NCBI GenBank assembly: GCA_019058315.1
Contig: JAHPZH010000002.1
Coordinates: forward strand, 640,001-704,000
DNA length: 64,000 bases
Direction of reading: 5' to 3'
DNA from: Candidatus Helarchaeota archaeon
GTDB lineage: Archaea > Asgardarchaeota > Lokiarchaeia > Helarchaeales > RDOG01
The notes below the pieces were generated by a model. The model saw nothing but the letters and a program-made list of their open reading frames with translations, did no database searches and was not told where the DNA came from. Made by a program: the position numbers and the translations under genes. Numbering within the stretch: the first letter of the stretch is position 1; the number at the start of each line of letters is the position of its first letter. Shown piece by piece: positions 9,132 to 18,413 of this stretch.

Positions 9132-10901
9132 TTACAATTTTAATTTTCCGTCTAATATTTCCTGAAATATCGAGTTGTTGAATGGAATGTATTTTTTTAT
9201 TCTCGAATCCCAGAAAAATAATGGATCTTGAAGAGTTTCAAGGTTATATCCTTCCTTTTTAAAATTGAATTTTTTTATTTTTAAAGAACCAGTGAGTTCA
9301 AGTTCATCACAAATACGAATGAAAATTGGAATAGAATATCTTGGTAATGATTCATCGACATATCTAGAAAAACGATCTATTTCAAATTTAATTGTCGGAT
9401 CAAGTTTTATTGCAGCCATACCCGCCTTTCCAGACATGTTAGGAATAGCAACACCATATACACAAGACGTTACTATAGGAGGATGTGAATTTAAAATGGA
9501 TTCTACTTCTAACGTCGAAACATTTTCTCCTTTCCATCGAAACGTATCACCAGTTCTATCGTAAAAAGACAACCAACTATCCTCATGAAGTTGTACTGTA
9601 TCACCACTGTTGAAATAAACATCATTTGGTTTAAAAACATCGTGCATTAATTTCTTTCTGGTCTTTTCTTCGTCTCTATAACCCGAAAAAAGGCCACCCT
9701 TGCTTACTTTAACTAATACCATTCCCACATCCCCAGGTTTGCATTGCACGTGAAACCCTTGTTCATTTTTATAAAATTCGCTTGTTTCTGGATCGATTTT
9801 CGCTAGAATGACCCCTGGACTAATATTACGCCCAACCATTCCAGGAACTTCATCTACGTTAATAAAACCTCGATGTCCTTCAGAAGACCCGTAATATTCA
9901 ATAATATGTTCAACTTTAAAACGGGATTTAAACTGTTCCCAAATTTCTTTTTTAAGCCCCATTCCAACCATATATCTTAGTGTGCTGTGCTTTTCATACT
10001 CAGATGGTGGTTGATTAAGAAGATAACCAGGAATTACTCCAACATAATTAGTAAATGTCACCTTGTATTTCTGAATATCTTTCCAAAATTCCGAGGCAGA
10101 AAATCGTTTTTTAAGTACCGTTTTTGCCCCTGAAAGAATCGAGGCAATCCAAGTTTGTGCACCAGCTAGGGTGTGATATAAAGGAGTTACAATGTAAATA
10201 ACATCATTATGGGTCAACTGTGCTATTGTTTTACCAACATATAAAGCTTGAGTAAACATTTTTTGTTGTTTCATTATAATCGCCTTTGGAAGTCCCGTGG
10301 TACCAGAGGTGAAGATGTAATATGCAGTTTGCTGCAAATTCGAATTAAAAGTGGTTTCAGGATTAGCTGTTGATGCGGATTTAAGTTCGATTGGTAAGTC
10401 CATGAAATCGTGAGGAATATCATTATTATTATTTACCACAAAGATTTGATCATTTTTAAAAGGAAGGGATTCTACGATCTCGAGAAAAGATGGTAAACTT
10501 TCTCCATCAACGATGATTAATTTTGGATTTACCACGTTAAATGAATGGATCAAAGCTTGTCTTTTTTGATGAAAATTGATTAGTCCACTGATTCCTTGTA
10601 TTTTATTGATTCCACTGACAAGGAAGAGATATTCAGGTGAATTACTTGCCATTAATGCAATTGTTTCATCTGGGTTTAATCCTGATTTAAGAAAATAATT
10701 AGCAATTCTATTGCTTTCTTCATTAAAAGCTTGCCAAGTCCAGGAGGCATCTTGAAAATGTAAACCAATGTGTTTCGGACTTTTACTAGCTAATTCTTCA
10801 ATACAAGTGCCAATACTTCGATTTGGATTTTGGTTTAACTCATTGACATCCTTCAAAAATCGTCCATAAAATTCCATTTCTTTAGGGGTAAAACTTACCA
10901 T
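9132..10901 (-). CDS. Long-chain acyl-CoA synthetase, FATP/FadD6 type
   Basis: YIFTSGTTGLPKA AMP-binding motif, EYYGSSEG, and the FATP signature YFNSGD...DRTGDTFRWKGENVST. Confidence 0.9.
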   Translation of the reverse strand: MVSFTPKEMEFYGRFLKDVNELNQNPNRSIGTCIEELASKSPKHIGLHFQDASWTWQAFNEESNRIANYFLKSGLNPDETIALMASNSPEYLFLVSGINKIQGISGLINFHQKRQALIHSFNVVNPKLIIVDGESLPSFLEIVESLPFKNDQIFVVNNNNDIPHDFMDLPIELKSASTANPETTFNSNLQQTAYYIFTSGTTGLPKAIIMKQQKMFTQALYVGKTIAQLTHNDVIYIVTPLYHTLAGAQTWIASILSGAKTVLKKRFSASEFWKDIQKYKVTFTNYVGVIPGYLLNQPPSEYEKHSTLRYMVGMGLKKEIWEQFKSRFKVEHIIEYYGSSEGHRGFINVDEVPGMVGRNISPGVILAKIDPETSEFYKNEQGFHVQCKPGDVGMVLVKVSKGGLFSGYRDEEKTRKKLMHDVFKPNDVYFNSGDTVQLHEDSWLSFYDRTGDTFRWKGENVSTLEVESILNSHPPIVTSCVYGVAIPNMSGKAGMAAIKLDPTIKFEIDRFSRYVDESLPRYSIPIFIRICDELELTGSLKIKKFNFKKEGYNLETLQDPLFFWDSRIKKYIPFNNSIFQEILDGKLKL

Positions 10902-11076
10902 TTTATTTCAACCCATTAATAGTTTGAAATTTTTTTTTAATTAATGAGAAAACTGGCTAAATTCATTATCTATTATTAAGGTTAAATTTTTTTAGTAGAT
11001 TTTTATTAGAATATTTTAAAAATTATGGATTTTCATATTAATTACTTATCTTATATCTTTAACTCGAGGTTTAAAA

Positions 11077-11835
11077 ATGAATAGAAATTGTTTATTTGCA
11101 TGTTTAGCGGCATTTCTTTTTTCAATATTAACAATTATAGTAAGTGCTTCTGGTGCTTTTACAATTCCAGCAGATATATATGATTATAGTCAAATTGGTT
11201 ACTTTATTTTTATAGGTATAGGTATAATTTTAATGGGATTCGGATTTCGGGAGATATATAGAGAAGCAGAATTAAAACTCGGGTTAATAATCTTTTATAT
11301 TTCCCTAATTGCAGGTATTTTTCTTATAGTATTCCATACAATCATTATGCCCATTTTCATAAGCATTGAGACTTATGAACGAGGTACTGTTTATTTAATT
11401 ATAGCAGGAATTTGCTATGATATTTTCTCAGCATTCTTTATAACAAATGGAATCTTATTTCTATTAAAGAGAGAGGACTTGGGAAGAGAAAAGTTGAATT
11501 TGATTTCAGGTTTATTATCTTTAATTTTTGGTATTATGTTTGCAGTATTTGTTAATATTTTAATTGTAAATTATATAAACCAATTTGACCTTAAAATTCT
11601 TGATCTAGCATTAGAACAATTTCTAATTTTAATACTAATTTTCGACCCTTCCTTTGAAAAAATTATTTTAGTAGGTCTACTAATACAAAATGCAGAAGAA
11701 ATGTTAAGCTCTGCAAATAATGCTATTGGAGCTTTAGAAATAGTTGTAAAATATGTAAGTTTACTACCTCTAGGTATTTCTGGATTTTTGACCATGATAA
11801 ACTTTTTCTTTTTGGCTAAGAACGATGTATCTTAA
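11077..11835 (+). CDS. Multi-pass membrane protein of unknown function
   Basis: About 6-7 hydrophobic segments; GAGGT Shine-Dalgarno sequence before the ATG. Confidence 0.7.
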   Translation: MNRNCLFACLAAFLFSILTIIVSASGAFTIPADIYDYSQIGYFIFIGIGIILMGFGFREIYREAELKLGLIIFYISLIAGIFLIVFHTIIMPIFISIETYERGTVYLIIAGICYDIFSAFFITNGILFLLKREDLGREKLNLISGLLSLIFGIMFAVFVNILIVNYINQFDLKILDLALEQFLILILIFDPSFEKIILVGLLIQNAEEMLSSANNAIGALEIVVKYVSLLPLGISGFLTMINFFFLAKNDVS

Positions 11836-11909
11836 TTAAATTAAGTAATACAACAAGAAATAGACTCTTATATTTCATAATTTCTTTAAATTTTTAAAAA
11901 ATAGAAGGA

Positions 11910-12362
11910 TTATATTGGTTGAGTCATTTCACTTTTGCATTTAGGACATCTATTAGCTCCTCTAAATCCAATTTCGTTACATGTACTACAAGTCCAATTT
12001 GATTCTTCCCATTTAACCCATTCTTCATCGGATCTCTCTTTTCTAGCTGGTATGGACTTTAACATAAATTCTTTAGCAATTTTGAAAGGGAATTTATTAA
12101 TACGTCTGCAAGGGAATTCTTCACATTCATGGCATCCTGATATGTTTTTCTTCTTAGCACAACGTCTAATACTACACGCATCACAAAATGGACTTCTAAA
12201 ATCCGATAAACATCCCTCACACTTTATATCCTCAGGTTTAAGGGAATAAAATTTTGCTAATTTTTGTTTTAATCTGTCATCATTGTTTTTATATGCATAA
12301 CGAGTTGCACAAACTCCACAATATAAACCACAAGGTGCTAAAAGATTATTATCAATTGACAT
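11910..12362 (-). CDS. DUF3795-type Cys-rich protein with a C-terminal zinc ribbon
   Basis: APCGLYCGVC...CEGC...CSIRRCA...CHECEEFPC, followed by CxxC...CxxC. Confidence 0.8.
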   Translation of the reverse strand: MSIDNNLLAPCGLYCGVCATRYAYKNNDDRLKQKLAKFYSLKPEDIKCEGCLSDFRSPFCDACSIRRCAKKKNISGCHECEEFPCRRINKFPFKIAKEFMLKSIPARKERSDEEWVKWEESNWTCSTCNEIGFRGANRCPKCKSEMTQPI

Positions 12363-12376
12363 AATAAACCTCCAAT

Positions 12377-12802
12377 TTACTTATTTTTTTTATCCTTACC
12401 AATTTTTTTTATATATAATTTAGTAGTTTCTACGAGATTAGTGCGATCGAAATATACCTCATTCCTTGAAATTTTTCCATCTTTATATTCAACAATATCC
12501 ATCCCATATTCAACTATTACTTTGGAACCAATAGGGATTGTAGCTTTCCACTTTACAACACATCCTTTTGGAGTGGGATATGTCTCTACAATTTTCCATA
12601 TCCAATCTGGGTTATATGCTAATAACTTTTTGAAATAAGGGAAAATTTGATTGTGACCCTTTAAACCCATTGGAATGGCAGGATCTTGATAATAAGCATC
12701 TTTTGTATAATATGATATTAATTTTTCAGGTTGATTACCTGTCCAAGCTTCTAAGAATTCTTCATTAAATTTAATTAGATTAAATATCTCTTTCGTCTTC
12801 AC
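12377..12802 (-). CDS. SnoaL/NTF2-like protein
   Basis: FLEAW...YTKDAYYQDP...G...GMDIVEYKDGKISRNEVYFDR. Confidence 0.85.
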   Translation of the reverse strand: MKTKEIFNLIKFNEEFLEAWTGNQPEKLISYYTKDAYYQDPAIPMGLKGHNQIFPYFKKLLAYNPDWIWKIVETYPTPKGCVVKWKATIPIGSKVIVEYGMDIVEYKDGKISRNEVYFDRTNLVETTKLYIKKIGKDKKNK

Positions 12803-12886
12803 CTTGATAACCTCATTTTAGGTCTAAGTCCTGTTTTATTAGACTGATTTTATAACTTCAAATGAAATATATAAATCTATTGGAAT

Positions 12887-12906
12887 TACTATACTTTTAT
12901 ATAGTA
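12887..12906. promoter_or_regulatory. Inverted repeat TACTATA-N6-TATAGTA, candidate operator upstream of the ArsR-like regulator
   Basis: Perfect 7-bp arms in the divergent intergenic region. A second inverted repeat, GTCTAA-N11-TTAGAC, lies at 12822-12844. Confidence 0.35.
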
Positions 12907-12939
12907 GTATAATTTAATATAGTAATGTAATTTAGAAGG

Positions 12940-13716
12940 ATGAAAAACATGAAAGAAAAGTCAAATATAAATTTTGATGAAAAATTGGAAGAAATAAATA
13001 ATAATATCATGTTTTTAAAAGATTTAATATTATATACGAGTACATCACTTGAGATCGTGGCACAAAAAGAGAATATGAGAGAATATTTAACCGATTCTAT
13101 GCCTAAAATCGATAAAAAAGTTAGTAAATTTTTAAAGTACAGAGTTTCAAGTTGTAATATGAAGGAATGGTGTGCAGAACATGTTGAAAAGGCAGTTTCG
13201 AAGGTACTTCATACATATATGAACCAAGGAACTCAACCAGCTTCAAAAAAAATAAAAAAATATCTTAAATCTGCAAACCAATATTTAGAACAAAAAATAT
13301 GCGATACAGAATGTATGGAAAATGTTGTTAATGTATATAAAACAATGGATAATTTGATAGAAAATTCTAGGGAAAGTACTTTAAAATATCATAAAGATTA
13401 TAATTACCATAAAAAATTACCAGAATTTAAAAATTTTAAGGAAGAAGAAATATGTAATTTATTAACCCCATTATCTAATGTAACAAGACTACAAATTTTA
13501 AAAACTCTTGGAATATCTGGAAAAAATTTCGCCGAATTAGAACGCGAACTTGGTATAAAGGGTGGTCATTTACAGTTCCACTTAAATAATTTGATCCAAG
13601 CGGAATATATTACTCAAGAGAAACCTAAAGGGAAATATACAATAAGTATGAAAGGAATAAAGGTTTTAAGATTCTTGTTCGAATTGAAAGAAAATCTTAT
13701 TGAATCTAAATCATAA
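12940..13716 (+). CDS. ArsR-family winged-helix transcriptional regulator with a Cys-containing N-terminal domain
   Basis: C-terminal PLSNVTRLQILKTL...FAELERELGIKGGHLQFHLNNL...GKYTIS helix-turn-helix. Confidence 0.82.
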   Translation: MKNMKEKSNINFDEKLEEINNNIMFLKDLILYTSTSLEIVAQKENMREYLTDSMPKIDKKVSKFLKYRVSSCNMKEWCAEHVEKAVSKVLHTYMNQGTQPASKKIKKYLKSANQYLEQKICDTECMENVVNVYKTMDNLIENSRESTLKYHKDYNYHKKLPEFKNFKEEEICNLLTPLSNVTRLQILKTLGISGKNFAELERELGIKGGHLQFHLNNLIQAEYITQEKPKGKYTISMKGIKVLRFLFELKENLIESKS

Positions 13717-13757
13717 CAATAACATCAAGATAAAAATTTAAAAAATAAAGTGATATT

Positions 13758-14801
13758 ATGAGATTTTCGGTTCAGCATGCTACAAATTTTACTAATATGG
13801 GATTTGGTAGGAAAGAAGTATTAAAATCTGCAGAACTTGTTGATAAATTAGGATGTTACTATATGACTTCTGTTCAATGTCATATAAATTGGTATCCTAA
13901 TGAGGCAGAAGTTTTTTCTTCTTGGATAATGGCTAGTGAACTTGCAAATATAACAAAAACAACAAATATAGGTGTAATGGTTACTGATGTTTTTAGAACT
14001 CATCCTGCACAAATTGCTTTAAATTCCTTACATTTACAAAGGCTCTCGAATGGGCGATTTATATTAGGGTTAGGTGCAGGAGAAGCTGCAAATTTATCAG
14101 ATTTTGGTGTCAAATGGGACAAATCTGTATCTCATTTAGAAGAAGCTATACAATATCTGAAATTGTTGTGGGGCTCATCTCCTAGAAATAAAGTTAGTTT
14201 TGAAGGAAAATTCTTTAAATTAAATAAAGTTTTTCTTCAAATGCCTGTAGACAGTCCTCCTAAAATATGGATGGCTGCAGGTAGTCCAAGGACTTTAAAA
14301 ATTACGGCAAAATATGCCGATGGTTGGATACCAATAGGGTGTACTCCAAAATTATATAAAAAACAATTAGAAGTTGTAAAATCTGAGGGAAGAGAAATAG
14401 AAACGTCTTATAATGCATACACCTATATTTCTAAAAAAGATCCTGAAAGAGCTCGTCAATTTATGGATGTAATTGCTTGTGTACAATGTTTAAGACCAGA
14501 AATATTTAAAGAATATAATTTAGAAATACCCAAAAAATTAGATTTTATAGAACATTTCAAAATACCATTAAGAAAACAAAAATCACATGTTCCTAAAGCC
14601 ATGAGTTTCGCACAACAAATCCCCCAAGACGTAAGACTGCAGACAGTTATGGCAGGATCACCTGAAGATATAATTGAACAAGTTGAACAGTGGCAAAAAG
14701 CAGGTTGTGAAAACCTATGTCTTCAATTTTGGGGAGAAGACTACTGGGATTCAATAAAGTTATTTGCAGAAGAAGTTATTCCTCATTTTGAGGAATCATA
14801 A
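13758..14801 (+). CDS. LLM-class (luciferase-like, probably F420-dependent) oxidoreductase
   Basis: THPAQIA, LSNGRFILGLGAGE, FEGKFF, PKIWMAAGSPRTL...ADGW and FAEEVIP. Confidence 0.88.
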   Translation: MRFSVQHATNFTNMGFGRKEVLKSAELVDKLGCYYMTSVQCHINWYPNEAEVFSSWIMASELANITKTTNIGVMVTDVFRTHPAQIALNSLHLQRLSNGRFILGLGAGEAANLSDFGVKWDKSVSHLEEAIQYLKLLWGSSPRNKVSFEGKFFKLNKVFLQMPVDSPPKIWMAAGSPRTLKITAKYADGWIPIGCTPKLYKKQLEVVKSEGREIETSYNAYTYISKKDPERARQFMDVIACVQCLRPEIFKEYNLEIPKKLDFIEHFKIPLRKQKSHVPKAMSFAQQIPQDVRLQTVMAGSPEDIIEQVEQWQKAGCENLCLQFWGEDYWDSIKLFAEEVIPHFEES

Positions 14802-14817
14802 AAAAAATTAGAAAAAA

Positions 14818-15336
14818 TTATTTTAATTTAACTGGTGCACAAATTTCCCAAGGTTCTACAGATAAGCGACCACATTCTCTACAGAAATATTTTGCTTTCT
14901 CATATTTTGCTTTACACATGTGCTTTCCCGAAGATCCTGGTTTTGTTGTATCTATAGTTTTTCCGCAATATTTATCCTTAAATTTTTTTACCTTAATATC
15001 GCATGGATGTCCAGGCATTACTACAGGTTGACCGCAGGAGTCACATGTGATCGCTAGATCACCTTTATATTCTGCATTTTTCCATGCATTCTTTGTTTCT
15101 GCTGGAATTTCAGTAGGTTCGCAAACATAGTCTTTTTCGACACTGACCCTTCCACAGAACTCACAATAAAATTTTAAAGCTTCAATCTTCCCTTTGCAAA
15201 GATGACCGTATTTTACTTTTTTAGCACCACAGTATTCGCAATCAAAAGTAGCCCCAGTTTCATGAACTCTACACATATGTTCATGGATTGAAACCTTTTG
15301 ACATGTTTCACATTTTCTTTCTTCCATCATAGTCAT
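14818..15336 (-). CDS. Small Cys/His-rich repeat (multi zinc-finger-like) protein
   Basis: Six CxxC-type units, four closed by HxC, arranged as two similar halves; GGAGGT Shine-Dalgarno sequence upstream. Confidence 0.75.
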   Translation of the reverse strand: MTMMEERKCETCQKVSIHEHMCRVHETGATFDCEYCGAKKVKYGHLCKGKIEALKFYCEFCGRVSVEKDYVCEPTEIPAETKNAWKNAEYKGDLAITCDSCGQPVVMPGHPCDIKVKKFKDKYCGKTIDTTKPGSSGKHMCKAKYEKAKYFCRECGRLSVEPWEICAPVKLK

Positions 15337-15427
15337 TAATTTGACCTCCTTTATAATTTAATATCTTATTTAAATTGTTTGTACAAATTAGGAGTTTATC
15401 CCTACATAGAAAGTTTTAATTTAAAGT

Positions 15428-16180
15428 CTATTTAAAATTTTTTACACCAATCCCAAAAATAAGTGGGGACCAGTTTTTAATTTCTTTGACTCCGAATAAT
15501 TCTGATAGGAATTTTAAGGTTATTCTACGTATGAACTTGGTGATTAATCTCGGTTTTTTTGCAATAAACTGTTTTATCCTTACATTTTTAAAACCTGTTA
15601 ATAAAAAAACTTGTCCCAAACTCAAATTTGTAAAACCATATTCATGCGTAAAATCGTCATATAATAACATATTTGATACTAAATTTGCCATGTTAGCTGT
15701 TTTGGCAATAAAAATTCCATTATCTTTAAGATTATCCTTAACTAATTTAAAAAGATCTAGCACTCTTCTTTTTTCAATATGTTCTATAACATCATTTGCA
15801 ACAATTAAATCAAATTTACCTTCATAATTTTCCAAAAATTCAAAAGCGTCAGCTTGTTCGACTTTTTTTGATATTATTTTAAAGACATAGTTTAAGTCTG
15901 GTTTATTTAATTTTTTTATAAAGTTAATCATTTGGCTAGAAATGTCAATACCAATAAAATTATGATATCCATTAATTGTTAATGCATATAGAAAATGCCC
16001 CATACCACAACCGATATCCAATATTCTAATATCTCTGCTCTTTGGAATATAAGGACCATAATTTAAGAAATAACTTTTTGAATTTAACTCATAACTTTTC
16101 TTCGTTATTGGATTCCTTTTTAAAAAGATTGATGTTAGATATTTGTCCTTTATTTCATCCCTTTCTTTCCTTGCTGTCAT
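15428..16180 (-). CDS. Class I SAM-dependent methyltransferase
   Basis: ILDIGCGMG, GIDIS, FDLIVANDVIEH and YDDFTH. Confidence 0.88.
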   Translation of the reverse strand: MTARKERDEIKDKYLTSIFLKRNPITKKSYELNSKSYFLNYGPYIPKSRDIRILDIGCGMGHFLYALTINGYHNFIGIDISSQMINFIKKLNKPDLNYVFKIISKKVEQADAFEFLENYEGKFDLIVANDVIEHIEKRRVLDLFKLVKDNLKDNGIFIAKTANMANLVSNMLLYDDFTHEYGFTNLSLGQVFLLTGFKNVRIKQFIAKKPRLITKFIRRITLKFLSELFGVKEIKNWSPLIFGIGVKNFK

Positions 16181-16287
16181 AATTTAACATTTTATTTATT
16201 CATTACTCGATAAGTTAAGATAATTTCTATTTATCTCTTTTATATTTATTAGTTCTTTAAATATTAATTTTCGAATTTTGATTAAAA

Positions 16288-16692
16288 TTATTTTAATTTT
16301 TCTAATTCCCTTAAACCAATAGCCATTTTACTTGATTCTGCTATCATTGAACTAATTAAAATGGTTTCAAATATTTGATCTTTTGTTGCACCAGCTTGAA
16401 GTGCTGTTTTCATGTGAACTTCTTGACAATATTTACATCCAAGAGCAACTGCTGCTGATAGCGCAATGAGTTCTTTAATTTTTAATTTCAATCTGGATTT
16501 ATTTTCTTTAATAACACTTTGATTTTTCATAAACTGAGTAAGAATCATCTCATCATTATAATTTGCCATTATTTCATAAATCTTAGGAGTTAAGCCATAA
16601 AATTCTTTAAGAAATTTTAAAATTTCAGAAGAATATTCTGAAGAATTATTTAATATCTCATTCATTTTTTTGAAAAAATCGCTTATTGACAA
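16288..16692 (-). CDS. Carboxymuconolactone decarboxylase/AhpD family protein
   Basis: KIKELIALSAAVALGCKYCQEVHMKTALQAGATKDQI. Confidence 0.88.
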   Translation of the reverse strand: MSISDFFKKMNEILNNSSEYSSEILKFLKEFYGLTPKIYEIMANYNDEMILTQFMKNQSVIKENKSRLKLKIKELIALSAAVALGCKYCQEVHMKTALQAGATKDQIFETILISSMIAESSKMAIGLRELEKLK

Positions 16693-16769
16693 TTAAACAC
16701 CTCGTTGCCTTATTTATTATTTTTAACCTTATAATTACCAAGTTAAGATATAGGTTTATTCTTTCATTT

Positions 16770-17365
16770 GAAACTTCGATCTCGGTCTAGAACTCCTGTA
16801 GAGGAACGTTTGAGGGTTAAACATCTATAAAAAATTTAGGTTTGCGATTTGGCATAACGACTAAGGGGATACTTTTTTTACCCTTAATTTGGTTCGAATT
16901 TCTTCCTCGAAAAGCGTTTAGTTTTCTAAACGCTTTTGACCCTATGAGTCTCGGTTGGAAACTCAATAGGTATTTTTTGATCAAAATCTCTGAATCAAGG
17001 TAATCAGTAAGTTTAAGCCTTTCATCGACCCTATTGTCTAAAAATTTAGGCTTTATGACTTCTTTTTGATTCCGAATAACATCATAGTCTTTGATTATTT
17101 CAGCGGGCTTGTTATTTTGTAGTGGAATCATCAAATTATAACAGGTTGCTTTAACTGGTTCCCCTCCAATAGAATACCCGAAAAAAAGCTTTTCAACATA
17201 ATTAAATTTGTGGTGATAATTATTATCGATGAATCCAATAATTATTAAATAAAGTCCAACTGCAAACAAAGACCCATTGTTCTCTTTCAAAAAGAAATCA
17301 CCACAATACTTACCTTTGTTTTTTGTTTGAAAAAACCAAGTAATATGCGGATATTGTGGTGGATA
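16770..17365 (+). ncRNA. Candidate large structured non-coding RNA or leader (unclassified)
   Basis: At least eight helices, including a perfect 12-bp hairpin at 16910-16937. G-U pairs favour the + strand. Ends in a 10-bp stem plus a T-rich tract. Boundaries are approximate. Confidence 0.5.
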
Positions 17366-17462
17366 TTTTCTTTTTATATATAGATTAAAAAATCAAAAAA
17401 ATGAGTTTATTATAAACGTAAATAATTATTTCCAAATCTTGAAAGTATCTTTTGAGGTGAAT

Positions 17463-18272
17463 ATGTTTATGTGTCCTGAATTTAAGACTGTTCTTTATGA
17501 AAAAAAGAATGCTGTAGCTGTCATAACTTTAAACCGTCCTAAAAAATTAAATGCTTTGAATTCTCAGATGAATAAAGATATAAAATATGCTTTTAAAGAA
17601 GCCAAAGAAGATAAAGAAATCAGATCTATTGTTCTTACTGGTGCTGGACGAGGTTTTTGTTCTGGAGCTGATGTTTCGGACTTTTCTGGGGGTGTAACAT
17701 TGAGGGATTTTAAAAAAATGACCGAAGAAGGAGTAACACCTGAAACCATTATTACACCGTATGATCTATTGGATGTTCCTAAACCTATTATTGCAGCAGT
17801 GAATGGAGTAGCGGTAGGTTTTGGAATGAATGTACTCCTAAACTGTGATATTATTTATGCATCTGAAGATGCTACTTTCGGAGAATTTTTTATTAGAATG
17901 GCTGTAATTCCCGATATGAATGGAAGTCTCCTATTACCCATGTTAGTTGGAATTCATAAGGCCAAAGAATTGATTTTTACTGGTGATAGAATTGATGCTA
18001 ATGAGGCATTACGAATTGGGTTGGTGAATAAAGTATTTCCAGCAAATCAGTTGATGTCTGAAACAATGAAATTAGCAAATAAATTAGCTGAGGGTCCTCC
18101 TCTTGCTTTAGCAATGTCAAAGAAGATAATTCATGAAGGGTTTAAAAAGGTATATGATACAATGCTTTTAAAAGAACTTCAATATCAAACGAAATTATAT
18201 ACTACGAGGGATCATAGAGAGGCTGCGATGGCATTTCTAGAAAAAAGAAAACCAAAATTTAAGGGGAAATGA
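17463..18272 (+). CDS. Enoyl-CoA hydratase/isomerase (crotonase) family protein
   Basis: ITLNRPKKLNAL, LTGAGRGFCSGAD, PKPIIAAVNGVAVGFG and AFLEKRKPKFKG. GAGGTGA Shine-Dalgarno sequence supports a start at 17463 or 17469. Confidence 0.92.
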   Translation: MFMCPEFKTVLYEKKNAVAVITLNRPKKLNALNSQMNKDIKYAFKEAKEDKEIRSIVLTGAGRGFCSGADVSDFSGGVTLRDFKKMTEEGVTPETIITPYDLLDVPKPIIAAVNGVAVGFGMNVLLNCDIIYASEDATFGEFFIRMAVIPDMNGSLLLPMLVGIHKAKELIFTGDRIDANEALRIGLVNKVFPANQLMSETMKLANKLAEGPPLALAMSKKIIHEGFKKVYDTMLLKELQYQTKLYTTRDHREAAMAFLEKRKPKFKGK

Positions 18273-18413
18273 TTTTCCTAACTTATGGTAGAATTTATTA
18301 AATTATTATCTTTATTTTATCTTAATTCGACACTTAGAACCAATAATCCCTTCTTATATGATTATATTTCTATCAATTTAGAAAATAATATAATTTAAAT
18401 ATGCCATAATTGT

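Noticed and set aside
14818-15336. Multiheme cytochrome c
   Set aside because: No CxxCH motifs and no signal peptide.
16817-17290. 157-aa minus-strand ORF as a real protein
   Set aside because: No motif, no Shine-Dalgarno sequence and an atypical sequence; it overlaps a region better explained by + strand RNA structure. Not formally excluded.
16770-17365. RNase P RNA, SRP RNA or a group I/II intron
   Set aside because: I could not find matching P4 halves, the SRP helix-8 motif or group II domain V. GACTA/TAGTC P7-like words exist but lack the surrounding consensus and a host gene.
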